Assembly (NCBI GenBank): GCA_029061025.1
Contig: JAIDSW010000251.1
Span: 241 to 64,240 of the forward strand
Direction: 5' to 3'
Source of the DNA: Duncaniella sp.
GTDB lineage: Bacteria > Bacteroidota > Bacteroidia > Bacteroidales > Muribaculaceae
Length of the DNA stretch: 64,000 bases
Positions within the stretch are counted from its first letter, which is position 1. Each line of letters starts with the position of its first letter. The translations under genes were made by a program, and so were the position numbers. The notes beneath the pieces are model-generated. The model was not told the DNA's origin, searched no databases, and worked only from the letters and a program-made list of their open reading frames with translations. Of this stretch, positions 9,005-18,985 are shown piece by piece.

Positions 9005-9020
9005 CCGCGGTCAGGCATTG
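8995..9020. repeat. Perfect 26-bp palindrome across the fadD stop codon
   Basis: caatgcctgaccg|cggtcaggcattg. Confidence 0.9.
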
Positions 9021-9045
9021 ACAACATACAGCCAATCATCACATT

Positions 9046-9459
9046 ATGACCGAAAAATATATACACTCATCGCGCATAAAGGTGCGCGACTATGAAATCG
9101 ACGCCCAGGGGATAGTCAACAATGCCAACTATCTACACTATCTCGAACTGACCCGCCACGACTTCTGCGAGGAGCATGGCTACTCGTTTGCCGCCATGCA
9201 TGCCGACGGCGTCGATCCGGTGGTGCGCCGCGTGGAGATGGACTATATCACTTCGCTGCGCATGGGCGATGAAATGGTGTCGTGTCTCAACTTCCGCCGC
9301 CGCGGAGCCCGCTTCTATTTCGATCAGGATATATACAGGGCTTCGGATATGGCTCCGGTGCTACGGGCTGTAATCACTATCGTGTGCCTTGAGGACGGAC
9401 GCCTGTCGCGCGGCGAACGCCTCGCGGCCGCCTTTGCCGACTGCATTACCGAGGAGTGA
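9046..9459 (+). CDS. Acyl-CoA thioesterase (YbgC/FadM hot-dog family)
   Basis: VRDYEIDAQGIVNNANYLHYLE motif. Confidence 0.9.
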   Translation: MTEKYIHSSRIKVRDYEIDAQGIVNNANYLHYLELTRHDFCEEHGYSFAAMHADGVDPVVRRVEMDYITSLRMGDEMVSCLNFRRRGARFYFDQDIYRASDMAPVLRAVITIVCLEDGRLSRGERLAAAFADCITEE

Positions 9460-10577
9460 CCCGCATGGAACGCGATACACTCATCTACCGCATAGCATTT
9501 GCCTCGCAACGCAGTCTGTCGCTTGCCGCCGCTACCGAACTGCTCGCCCGCACGGGAAGCGAGCAGCGCTATTTCACGCTTCCGCCAGAGGAACTGCGTC
9601 ATATCACCGGAACGTCCAACAGGCTCTGGGACGCCGGCCACCGCGCCAAACTCCTCGATGAAGCCCGGCGCGAAATTGATTTCATAGAAAGTCACTCAGT
9701 GAAGTGCATATATTTCACAGATCCTGACTATCCTCAACGGCTTCTCAACTGCGAGGATGCTCCGCTGATGCTCTACGGACTGGGCGACTGCGACCTCAAT
9801 GCTCAAGCCATGATGGCGGTGGTGGGTACGCGCCATGCCACTAACTACGGCAACGACGTGACGGCACGCATCATATCCGATATTGCAGCGCAGGCCATGA
9901 CTCCGCCTGCTATAGTGAGCGGCCTGGCGCTCGGCGTAGACATTGCCGCCCACCGCACGGCCCTCAAGGCCGGACTTCCTACCGTGGCCGTGCTTGCCCA
10001 CGGTCTCAACACGATATACCCCGCCGTGCACCGCTCCGATGCCGTGGAGATAATCAACAACGGCGGCATGCTTCTGACCGATTATCGCTCGATCGACACC
10101 ATCCACCGAGGCAACTTTCTTGCACGTAACCGCATAGTGGCCGGCATGAGCGACTGCCTGCTGGTGACAGAAAGCGCGCTCAAAGGGGGCGCACTCGTCA
10201 CTGCTCATCTTGCCGCCGGTTATGACCGCGAGGTGCTCGCCGTGCCCGGCAGAGTGGGCGACCTCTACAGCGAGGGATGCAACCGACTGATATTCAATCA
10301 TGCCGCAAGGCTCGTCACCTCAGCCGGCGACATCATCAACGCCATGCGCTGGCCCGAGCGTCCTGAGGAAGGGGAGCAGGGCTCACTGTTTGAGGAACTT
10401 ACCGTGGAGGAATCGACTGTGATGGATACTATCAGGGAGCAGGGCGAAGCATCGTTCGGCACATTGCTGCAAAAACTCCACGTCCCCGCAGCCCGGTTGA
10501 CGGGTCTGCTCGTCGACATGGAGTTTAAAGGCTATATACGCGCCATTCCCGGAGGGAAATACCGCATCAGCGTATGA
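9456..10577 (+). CDS. dprA: DNA-protecting protein DprA
   Basis: YPQRL, AVVGTR, IVSGLALGVD and FLARNRIVAG motifs; C-terminal winged helix. Confidence 0.95.
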   Translation: MTRMERDTLIYRIAFASQRSLSLAAATELLARTGSEQRYFTLPPEELRHITGTSNRLWDAGHRAKLLDEARREIDFIESHSVKCIYFTDPDYPQRLLNCEDAPLMLYGLGDCDLNAQAMMAVVGTRHATNYGNDVTARIISDIAAQAMTPPAIVSGLALGVDIAAHRTALKAGLPTVAVLAHGLNTIYPAVHRSDAVEIINNGGMLLTDYRSIDTIHRGNFLARNRIVAGMSDCLLVTESALKGGALVTAHLAAGYDREVLAVPGRVGDLYSEGCNRLIFNHAARLVTSAGDIINAMRWPERPEEGEQGSLFEELTVEESTVMDTIREQGEASFGTLLQKLHVPAARLTGLLVDMEFKGYIRAIPGGKYRISV

Positions 10578-13500
10578 CGGTAAATTTCAGCGGTTTCGTT
10601 GAGCTGTAGCGGGGATGACGGCTTACGACGGCATATACCCGATAAGAGCCGTCTTTGACAGGCTTGCCTGCGTCGTCGCGCAGATCCCACTCATATGAGT
10701 CACCGGTGACGGTACGCGACATTATGTGGCGGCCATGCAGATCCTCGACCACGATGCGCGCGTCGGGGGTATCGGCCAATGGATGATTGAGCGTGAAAGT
10801 GGCCGATGACTTCACCACATCGCTTTCCATACCGAGCGAGCATGTAAATGCCTCCTCCACCACATAGAAGTCAAGCTCACGCGAGGCTGTATTTCCGGCA
10901 TTGTCCGACGCCTTTACGGTAATTGTGTGGCGGCCGTCGTTGAGAGCCTGCGGGGTGACGGTGACAGTGTAACCGCCGTTATCATCAGGCCGTAGCATGC
11001 GGTCGACATTGGCCACCGAGATATTGCCGTCGAGCAATATGCTCATTGCTGACCCTACAGTAGAATTATTTTTACTCACACCCGAACCGGAGTCAGTTAC
11101 CCTGACGGTGATAGAGGGAGTGCGCGATGTCTCCACACGGGTGCCGTCGGCAAGAACATCTTCGATGCTAATTTCAATTTCCGGAGCCTCAGTATCAGGC
11201 GTAACCCCATCGGGATCATAAGCGGCTATGGTAACATCGGTTGAGAAGCCAGCCGCCATCGAGAAACCTGATTCGGGACGGGCAAACATCGCCATGCGGT
11301 TGATTCCGTTATCGTTGGCTACCGCCGGAACGGTAATATACGTCTCCCACTTGCCTCCTGCGACTTTACAATCGGTCTCGGCTATTACGGTCTCGTCGAG
11401 AGTCAACATAAACCGATCCTCCAGATCTGAATTGACATTGGCATATGAAAGGAATGTGCGGGGCACATCAAAGATCTTGATATTGAGCGATCCGTTGAAA
11501 TCGGCGCACAACGATCCTTCGTTATCGAGAATCTCACCCGAAATGCGGGTGCGTCGGCACGGCGTGAGCGTAAGCACCTTATCGCCGTCGAGCGTGACGC
11601 GGGCGTCGATACGCGGAAGCGGCAGAGCCGGGTCGCCGCCGAGATTATAGCTAAGGGCATTGGTTCGCACCGATTGCCCCTCTTCTTGCATGGCCGACAT
11701 CGCAGAGCGATACACATCGCCTATGGTGCGGTTGGTCATATCATAATATCTTCGGGCAAATTCGTTGCAGAAAGCCTGATTATTTTTCAGGTACACCTCG
11801 CGTGCCGGACCGATTATGAACGTGGAGCCACCCTCGCGCCGCAGGAGCAGGTCGGAAATCAGTCCACGGTATTCGTAATCGAGCATAAAAGGATGACAGC
11901 TTGCCGAGAGGAACAGCGAGGCCGATCCAAACTGCAGTCCGTCGAAAAACGAGCGGGTGATAATCGACTCCGAGAAGAGCGATCCGCGCGAGCTGTGACC
12001 GGCATAAGTGATCAGAGCGGGATTAGATGCGAAGCCCGCAGTGATATGCTTTACCAAAGTCGAATTCGTCGCCCCGGGATTGGGATTTACATATGCCGCA
12101 TCATAACAGCGTGACACGGTCAGTCCGGGAAAGGCTGACAGCATCTCGGCCGAGGCATCCTGAGCTCCGAGCGCATGCTGATTCTCATTTCCCTTGTCGG
12201 CCATCATCATCACACGCGCCGGATCGCCACCCAGCGCCGGATTGTCAAGGTAAGCTATGGCCTTATCCACAAGCAGCTCAGCCTCCGTCACACTGAAAGC
12301 CGGAAACCTGCCCACGGCAATATCTATCACACGCGGAGTCACATTATCGACACGGGTGGATATATCCGGGGCGATCTCATCTTCCATATATCCGTAAAAA
12401 GAATCGCTCGTGTAGGCTTTGGCAATGTTATAGGCATTGCTCTGCAGCTCAGCCTGATAAGTGGGGAGATATACATTGGTGGCAGAAGCTACTGCCGAGT
12501 TGTCAAAGAATCCCGCTCCGATAAGAAGCACATACCGGAGGCGGCTGTCGCGGTCATGGAGCATCTTGATAAAAAGGCGCACGGAATTGGGGGTAAAACT
12601 ACCCGAACCGAATTCATGCAGCACGTCTTTCTTACTTGCGACGAGCACGTCAAGACCCTGACGCGAAGCGTGGGCGTCGGCAAGCCGTCGTGCAGCCGGG
12701 ACGAAATCAGGCGCGGCGATGATCACCATATCATATCCGCCCTTTATCGAGTGAAGTGAGGTATTGTCTACCGGTCCCTCATAAGCAGGTTCTTTAAGAT
12801 ATGAAGCAGCGGGATAAAACGCCTCAATCTTGCGGGTTTCACCACGCGAAGGGAGATTAAACATGATTCCCCCATCGACTGACTCAGTAGCGAGACGGGT
12901 GACATTATGCACATCGGTCACATCCCACACCATCGCATTGCCTTTAGCTGTCCTTATGATTGCATCGCCACCTTTATCGGGGGTGAAATACATGGATAGC
13001 GCCGGGCAAGCATCGTCAAGGATATTGTCGCGGGAATAAGTGATCCACATATTGTCAAGACACATCAGGCTGACGTCGGTAGCGCGATCAGGGCTGAGAG
13101 TGAAGGTAACCTTATTCACGCCCTCGTCAGGCTTAAACTGAGCCACGTTATACTTGCTCATAGGGCGGTAGGCCTCCTTTTCGTTGGTGGAGCGATATAT
13201 GCGGTTGGCCTCGGCGGGCGTAAACTGAATTCCGCCTGAGGCCGTGACCTCGGGCAGCATGTAGTTGACCTCGGTGTGCTTGCCTATGGCCTTGTAGCCC
13301 ATATATCCGTTGGAAGAATATCCGGGCAGGCTTAATGTGACACTATACGGGTCAGCTTCAGTGATATTGCGACTGTACCACCACGCACCTCCCGTAGCGG
13401 GGTTAAACTCGCGCGGATAGCAGGCCGATAAAGAGGTGTGCGTATCCATTTGCGGAGCATCGTGATTCTCCACATATGGCACTACGGTCATTTCGGCCGC

Positions 13501-13905
13501 ATCATCATCTTCGGAGAGGAAATAATATGAGCCGCGCGAATAGCGGTTGGTCACGACGCTTACTGACTTGGCCGACTCCACTTCAAAGCGGGTCTCGCCC
13601 TCGCCATAGAAAAAAAGCGCATTATTGTCATGAGCCACCTGCACCTGCGGTAAATCTACAGGATGCTGCGGAAACTCAAGCGACATCTCAACGCTGCCGA
13701 ATCCTCTCACAGCCACCTTTTCAGGATGCGCGAAACCCCACGCACGCAGTTTTTCGTAAGATATGCGCTGCACGCCCGTAGAATCCACCCTCACCTTAAT
13801 CCACTTACCTGAAGATAAAGCGGATTGAGCAGGAAAATCGACAGCCGCCCTTGAAGAAAAGATTGTGAAGACTATTGTGAGTGTAAGCAGGAGAGAATAT
13901 TTCAT
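10567..13905 (-). CDS. porU: Type IX secretion sortase PorU (C25 gingipain fold)
   Basis: SALSSGKWIKV N-terminus; YAGHS and ASC catalytic His/Cys motifs; YNLGGDPAL; PDTEAPEI; C-terminal WDLRDDAG..GSY; lies in rex-FAH-porU order. Confidence 0.85.
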   Translation of the reverse strand: MKYSLLLTLTIVFTIFSSRAAVDFPAQSALSSGKWIKVRVDSTGVQRISYEKLRAWGFAHPEKVAVRGFGSVEMSLEFPQHPVDLPQVQVAHDNNALFFYGEGETRFEVESAKSVSVVTNRYSRGSYYFLSEDDDAAEMTVVPYVENHDAPQMDTHTSLSACYPREFNPATGGAWWYSRNITEADPYSVTLSLPGYSSNGYMGYKAIGKHTEVNYMLPEVTASGGIQFTPAEANRIYRSTNEKEAYRPMSKYNVAQFKPDEGVNKVTFTLSPDRATDVSLMCLDNMWITYSRDNILDDACPALSMYFTPDKGGDAIIRTAKGNAMVWDVTDVHNVTRLATESVDGGIMFNLPSRGETRKIEAFYPAASYLKEPAYEGPVDNTSLHSIKGGYDMVIIAAPDFVPAARRLADAHASRQGLDVLVASKKDVLHEFGSGSFTPNSVRLFIKMLHDRDSRLRYVLLIGAGFFDNSAVASATNVYLPTYQAELQSNAYNIAKAYTSDSFYGYMEDEIAPDISTRVDNVTPRVIDIAVGRFPAFSVTEAELLVDKAIAYLDNPALGGDPARVMMMADKGNENQHALGAQDASAEMLSAFPGLTVSRCYDAAYVNPNPGATNSTLVKHITAGFASNPALITYAGHSSRGSLFSESIITRSFFDGLQFGSASLFLSASCHPFMLDYEYRGLISDLLLRREGGSTFIIGPAREVYLKNNQAFCNEFARRYYDMTNRTIGDVYRSAMSAMQEEGQSVRTNALSYNLGGDPALPLPRIDARVTLDGDKVLTLTPCRRTRISGEILDNEGSLCADFNGSLNIKIFDVPRTFLSYANVNSDLEDRFMLTLDETVIAETDCKVAGGKWETYITVPAVANDNGINRMAMFARPESGFSMAAGFSTDVTIAAYDPDGVTPDTEAPEIEISIEDVLADGTRVETSRTPSITVRVTDSGSGVSKNNSTVGSAMSILLDGNISVANVDRMLRPDDNGGYTVTVTPQALNDGRHTITVKASDNAGNTASRELDFYVVEEAFTCSLGMESDVVKSSATFTLNHPLADTPDARIVVEDLHGRHIMSRTVTGDSYEWDLRDDAGKPVKDGSYRVYAVVSRHPRYSSTKPLKFTVIR

Positions 13906-13937
13906 GTCAGAAAAAAGAATCAATCTTGGGAGTATTT

Positions 13938-14495
13938 TCAAAGTATTTTCACCGAGAGTACCTCGCGGGAATCAATCGAAGCCGTAACTCGTGTTCCGGC
14001 CACAAGATCCACCGCGCCGCCTGCTCCCGAGGCCAGTATAATGTCGCCCATCTTCAGAGTCATGTATCGCGATACCGCCGCTACCGCCGATATTATTTCG
14101 GCTTCGATATCTACCTCAATATCGGCTGCCGGTGTGGTGACATGCACGGGAGCATCGCCGAGATCGGCTACAGGAATCCATGCACCCGGAGCGAGTGACG
14201 AATCCATGCCGCAAAGCAGCCCGGCCGAAAGATCGGCGGGAATATCTGCCAGCCGAAGCCATAGAGCCACGGTGACGGCATTGACATAGCGCGAGGCGAA
14301 GGCGGGCGCAATATCGCGTCCGAGTCTTCCCACGCGCAGGGCTATCACGGGCTGTCCTTGCCATCCCTCGCCCAGGTCGGGCACAAATACGGGACGACCG
14401 GGAAGCACCAGTGCAGAGTCAGGGACAATGCAGGCCGGTATCGACGGAGTGACAGGTTGTGAGACTGACTGACGTAAGAGGGCTATAATTTTCAT
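13938..14495 (-). CDS. Fumarylacetoacetate hydrolase family protein (divergent)
   Basis: PDSAL..GRPVFVP and VSRYMTLKMGDII motifs. Confidence 0.8.
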   Translation of the reverse strand: MKIIALLRQSVSQPVTPSIPACIVPDSALVLPGRPVFVPDLGEGWQGQPVIALRVGRLGRDIAPAFASRYVNAVTVALWLRLADIPADLSAGLLCGMDSSLAPGAWIPVADLGDAPVHVTTPAADIEVDIEAEIISAVAAVSRYMTLKMGDIILASGAGGAVDLVAGTRVTASIDSREVLSVKIL

Positions 14496-15127
14496 CGGCG
14501 TGCCGAAAGACGGTTATACATCACTGCGAGATGTGCATAAATCGACGTATTTGTAACCACTATTTCGGGAGATGTGCGGATGCGGAAAGGTGTGAAATTC
14601 CATAGCGCCTTGAATCCGGCAGCCACGCAGGCCGCTGCGACGTCGGCTGCAATATCCACCGGCACGGCTATAATGGCGATCTCGGCATCGAGCTCGCCGC
14701 GGCGGGCAGCCAGTTCGTCGGCATGAAATATCGGCACCTCACCTATTGAAGTACCCACCAGTGCCGGATTTACATCGAAGCCGGCCACGATGTTGAGGCC
14801 GAACCGGCGCAGACCTGAGTCGGCTATCAGAGCGGCACCAAGCGATCCCGCACCCATGATCACGGCATTATGACTGCGGGCAAAGCCCAGGAAATCGACA
14901 AGCACCTGCTCAAGCTCGACCACATCGTAGCCTATGCGGGTCTTGCCGCGGATATTGAGATATGAAAGATCCTTCGCAATCTGCGACGAATCCACATTCA
15001 GCTCACGCGAAATAGCAGTGGATGACACACGCTCCACCCCGCGTGCACGCAGGCGGCTTACGCAAGCCAGATACCACGGCAGTCGCCGCAGCGTAGGCTC
15101 GGGGATATATGGAACGTTGGCATCCAT
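14492..15127 (-). CDS. rex: Redox-sensing transcriptional repressor Rex
   Basis: IPEPTLRRLPWY, SSQIAKDLS, GAGSLG NAD-binding motif, WNFTP. Confidence 0.95.
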   Translation of the reverse strand: MDANVPYIPEPTLRRLPWYLACVSRLRARGVERVSSTAISRELNVDSSQIAKDLSYLNIRGKTRIGYDVVELEQVLVDFLGFARSHNAVIMGAGSLGAALIADSGLRRFGLNIVAGFDVNPALVGTSIGEVPIFHADELAARRGELDAEIAIIAVPVDIAADVAAACVAAGFKALWNFTPFRIRTSPEIVVTNTSIYAHLAVMYNRLSARR

Positions 15128-15286
15128 TGCACAAATTGTTGATTAAGTGCACAAAGGTACAAAAAATATTCCTTTTTTACCACCACCCCGCCACTTTTCA
15201 CACTTTTTTAACGCAGTGACAAGGACTTAATACTCTTTTATTTTACCCGCAGAAGCAACCATGATTTAGTCGCCGCTCCAAAACCA

Positions 15287-15637
15287 ACGGTGCGAAGCAC
15301 CGTCCCTACATTGGTAACACACAAGCAGTTAACGCGACCCGGAGGGTCGGCCATCTCTATAACCCCGGGTGCTCGTCACCCGGGGTAGCATGACGGCAGC
15401 CATCCAACCTCGGAGAGGTTGAACAAAGCATCAGTGATGTCAATGCGCTACAAAATAGCAATTTTGCATCACTCGGAAACATCGCAAAGCGATGTCCCTA
15501 CATCTGATACTCAACCCTTTACATCACATTAAAAAATATGGAGCGGGGGTCGCTGACCCCCGCCGCAGCGACAAAACGCATCGGCTGAGAAAAGTTACAT
15601 TTTTGCGATGGCTGCGGGGGTCAGTGACCCCCGCTCC
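15287..15637. repeat. Cluster of REP-like elements between nadK and rex
   Basis: Two minus-strand GTAG REPs (15287-15309, 15479-15501), one three-hairpin unit (15331-15425) and one GGAG REP doublet (15540-15637); the last two match the 3236-3793 element. Confidence 0.8.
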
Positions 15638-15716
15638 TTAATCAACGTAGCACCGGAATATACGGATTGGCTCATGCTGCCCCCGTTGCCATAATGGTTC
15701 ATGTCGGTTACAGCTT

Positions 15717-16601
15717 TCACCTCTTGGTGACGCCCCAGAGCATTTTGGTGCGGAGGGTGTCGAAGAAGTTGCTGCCGGGGAAATGGATGAGGCGCACTGA
15801 TACGGAGGCGCGCTTCACCGTAAGACGTGCCGTAAGCGGCAGCGCCATGTTGCGACCGTCGAGCGACACACGATAGCTGTTGCTGCGCGAGGTTACGCTG
15901 AGATCTATCGTGCGGTAATGGCTCACCACCAGCGGGCGCATTGTCAGTGCATGTGGTGCGATGGGCGAGATCACAAACGCGGGCGCATTGGGCTCTATCA
16001 CGGGACCGCCCACCGAAAGATTGTAGGCAGTGCTCCCCGTAGGGGTGGAAATTATGATGCCGTCGCCCTGATAGTCGGCCACCTGCATGCCGTCGAGCCG
16101 CGTATCTACCGAGATCATCGAGGCGGTATCCTGCCGTAGTATGGCCACTTCGTTGAGCGCATAGGGGTTAAACGGGCGGGTAAATGGTGTGACCTCGTCG
16201 TGCACTATCACTTCGAGCATCGAGCGCTCTTCCACAGTATATTCTCCGGCGAGCAGGCGGGAGGAAATGCCGGGCGCATGTTCAAGCGACTCGTCGGCGA
16301 GAAATCCCAGGTGACCGGTATTGAATCCGATTACGGGTCTATCCTTGTTGGCTGCAGCGGCCGCACATCGCAGCAACGTGCCGTCACCGCCTACGCTTAC
16401 TATTATATCGGCCTCAAAATCTTCGCCCGTAAACTCGGTGTAACGGTCGGCACCCACCGCTCCGGCATCGCGCAGAGTGGAAAGGAGCCGGCTTTCGATA
16501 GATATTTCAGCTCCGCCCAGCTCCAGCTCTCTCATGAAGCGGTTGATAAGAGCTATATCGCGGGGCGACTGGCGGCGCTTGCCTATAAAGGATATTTTCA
16601 T
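15717..16601 (-). CDS. nadK: NAD kinase
   Basis: GGDGT, NTGHLGFL, LNE and TPTGSTAY motifs. Confidence 0.95.
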   Translation of the reverse strand: MKISFIGKRRQSPRDIALINRFMRELELGGAEISIESRLLSTLRDAGAVGADRYTEFTGEDFEADIIVSVGGDGTLLRCAAAAANKDRPVIGFNTGHLGFLADESLEHAPGISSRLLAGEYTVEERSMLEVIVHDEVTPFTRPFNPYALNEVAILRQDTASMISVDTRLDGMQVADYQGDGIIISTPTGSTAYNLSVGGPVIEPNAPAFVISPIAPHALTMRPLVVSHYRTIDLSVTSRSNSYRVSLDGRNMALPLTARLTVKRASVSVRLIHFPGSNFFDTLRTKMLWGVTKR

Positions 16602-16604
16602 CGG

Positions 16605-17000
16605 TCAGATATTTAGGATTCTAATAAGTTCATTCACACGGCGTCGCGCCACGGCATCGGGTCCCGAGTCGTCGTCGGCGTCAGAGCCGGGCTCAGAAGA
16701 GCGGACGGCGGTGACCGTGTAGCCGTAGCGTTCGAGCGAGCGGGCCACGAGCTCGGGATTGCGGTGATTGACACGCAGTTCCACCACCGAGGGCTCGCCG
16801 ATCGCCACACCCGACACTACATTAAGATTCAGCACGTGGGCGTCACAATCCTCCACCGCACGGCTCAGGAGCGATGCGCTGTATTGCCCCGCGGCACACT
16901 CCACGGTAAGCTCGCTCCAGTCCATCACGCGGGGGAAAAGGCGCTGCACGTCGGGGTGACTTGTGGCCGGCTGATTATCGGAATGGGGAATATTAGTCAA
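16605..17000 (-). CDS. ACT-like domain protein resembling the C-terminal half of Bacteroidetes CBS/AcuB-like proteins
   Basis: YSASLLSRAVE..DAHVLNL, SLERYGYTV, ELIRILNI terminus; directly upstream of nadK; TTG start uncertain. Confidence 0.65.
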   Translation of the reverse strand: MTNIPHSDNQPATSHPDVQRLFPRVMDWSELTVECAAGQYSASLLSRAVEDCDAHVLNLNVVSGVAIGEPSVVELRVNHRNPELVARSLERYGYTVTAVRSSEPGSDADDDSGPDAVARRRVNELIRILNI

Positions 17001-17077
17001 AATGTTTCGGCTTTCGGTTTTAATTTCGTAAATTTGCAGTTACAAATTTACAAAACAATTTTGATATACACGCTATA

Positions 17078-17791
17078 ATGACCACTCTGAGTGTAAACAT
17101 CAATAAAATAGCCACACTGCGTAATGCCCGCGGTGAAAATGTGCCTGATGTCGTGGCCACGGCGCTCGATATAGAGCGATTCGGAGCCCAGGGCATCACG
17201 GTGCACCCCCGCCCCGACGAGCGCCATATACGCCGCAAGGATGTGTATGACCTGCGCCGCTCCATATCTACGGAATTCAACATCGAAGGCTATCCGTCGC
17301 CGGAATTCATCGACCTTGTGCTCACGGTCAAGCCCACGCAGGTAACACTTGTGCCCGACGCTCCCGACGCGCTCACATCAAGCGCCGGCTGGGATGTGGA
17401 GCCGCACCTTGAATTCCTATCACACACGATAGAGCGCTTCCGCCAGGCCCGGATACGCACGTCGATATTCGTAGGCACCGACATCGCCAATATCCAGTGC
17501 GCCGCCCGCACGGGCACTGACCGCATCGAGCTTTACACCAAGCCCTACGCCGACATCTACCCGAAGAATCCGGAGCAGGCCGTAGAGCCGTTTGTGGCCG
17601 CCGCCCGCGCCGCCCATAGTGCCGGACTGGGAGTAAATGCGGGTCACGACCTGAGCCTTACCAATCTGGAGTTTTTCCACAAATGCGTGCCTTATCTGAG
17701 CGAAGTATCCATAGGCCACGCCCTTATATGCGACGCCCTGTATCTCGGCCTTCAGGAGACCATCAAGCGCTATCTGGCCTGCCTGAAATGA
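17078..17791 (+). CDS. pdxJ: Pyridoxine 5'-phosphate synthase
   Basis: [40 protein letters not shown]. Confidence 0.97.
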   Translation: MTTLSVNINKIATLRNARGENVPDVVATALDIERFGAQGITVHPRPDERHIRRKDVYDLRRSISTEFNIEGYPSPEFIDLVLTVKPTQVTLVPDAPDALTSSAGWDVEPHLEFLSHTIERFRQARIRTSIFVGTDIANIQCAARTGTDRIELYTKPYADIYPKNPEQAVEPFVAAARAAHSAGLGVNAGHDLSLTNLEFFHKCVPYLSEVSIGHALICDALYLGLQETIKRYLACLK

Positions 17792-17837
17792 TTAATCACG
17801 TTTAATCCTGATATAACCGGAAATAACCATCATCAAC

Positions 17838-18542
17838 ATGCTTCAACTTGACACCACCGTAATAACCGAGACCGCAGCCACCGTCATCACCTCCCCCGTG
17901 GCTGAGGCGGCTGCCCCCGCATCGCTCTCAGTGTGGGATCTCAGCCTGCGCGGCGGCTACATCATGATACCGCTGGCAATCCTCTCCATAATCTCGATCT
18001 ACATACTCGTGGAGCGCATGATAGTGCTTCATCGTGCCGCAAAGGAAGACGATACATTCATGCAGCAGATACGCCACTATATACTTGACGGTGAAATAGA
18101 CAGCGCCCGCAATCTCTGCCGCCGCTCCGACACCCCCTACGCACGCCTCATCGACAAGGGCATATCTCGCATGGGCCGACCGATGAACGATGTGCTCGTG
18201 GCTATCGAAAACACCGGCAATCTCGAGGTTTCGAAACTTGAGAAAGGACTTGCATGGCTTGCCACCACCGCCGCCGGAGCTCCCATGATAGGCTTTCTCG
18301 GCACGGTGATGGGCATGGTGGAGGCATTCTACAGCATAGCCTCGGCAAGCAACACGGCCAACATATCAGTGCTCGCCGACGGCATATATGCGGCTCTCGT
18401 CACCACCGTCGCCGGATTGGTGGTGGGTATCATAGCCCTTTTCGCCTACAACTATCTTACGGCCCGCATCAACGGCGTGATGAACAAGCTTGAGGCGAAG
18501 ACAATGGAATTCATGGACCTGCTCAACGAGCCCGTACTCTGA
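17838..18542 (+). CDS. exbB: MotA/TolQ/ExbB proton channel protein
   Basis: APMIGFLGTV and ALVTTVAGL motifs. Confidence 0.9.
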   Translation: MLQLDTTVITETAATVITSPVAEAAAPASLSVWDLSLRGGYIMIPLAILSIISIYILVERMIVLHRAAKEDDTFMQQIRHYILDGEIDSARNLCRRSDTPYARLIDKGISRMGRPMNDVLVAIENTGNLEVSKLEKGLAWLATTAAGAPMIGFLGTVMGMVEAFYSIASASNTANISVLADGIYAALVTTVAGLVVGIIALFAYNYLTARINGVMNKLEAKTMEFMDLLNEPVL

Positions 18543-18543
18543 C

Positions 18544-18975
18544 ATGGCACTGAAACGACAGAACAATCTCATGGCGGTGTTTTCGATGGCGTCGATGACC
18601 GACGTCATATTTCTGCTGCTGATATTTTTCATGGTGACATCGACCTTCGTGTTTCCCACGGCACTGGAAGTGAACCTGCCCGAGAGTTCGAAGCAGACGG
18701 CGCTGAAACCTTCGACCCGTGTATATATCGACGCCTCGGGGCAGATCTACGCTTCGTGGGACAACGAGGAGCCGGCTGCCATGACACTCGACAGTCTGCT
18801 CGCTTTTCTCCAGCTATCGAGCAGCCGCACTCCCGAGGAATTCATTGCCGTGTATGCCGACGAATCGGTCACCTACGGCCGCCTGGTAGAGGTGCTCGAT
18901 CTGGGCGCACGCAACAATCTCAAGATGGTGCTTGCCACCAAGCCGGCTCCGGCATCGGCCCGCCCGGCAGAATAG
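18544..18975 (+). CDS. exbD: Biopolymer transport protein ExbD
   Basis: SMTDVIFLLLIFFMVTS; start at MALKRQ, 1 bp after the exbB stop. Confidence 0.9.
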   Translation: MALKRQNNLMAVFSMASMTDVIFLLLIFFMVTSTFVFPTALEVNLPESSKQTALKPSTRVYIDASGQIYASWDNEEPAAMTLDSLLAFLQLSSSRTPEEFIAVYADESVTYGRLVEVLDLGARNNLKMVLATKPAPASARPAE

Positions 18976-18985
18976 TAATTGAATC

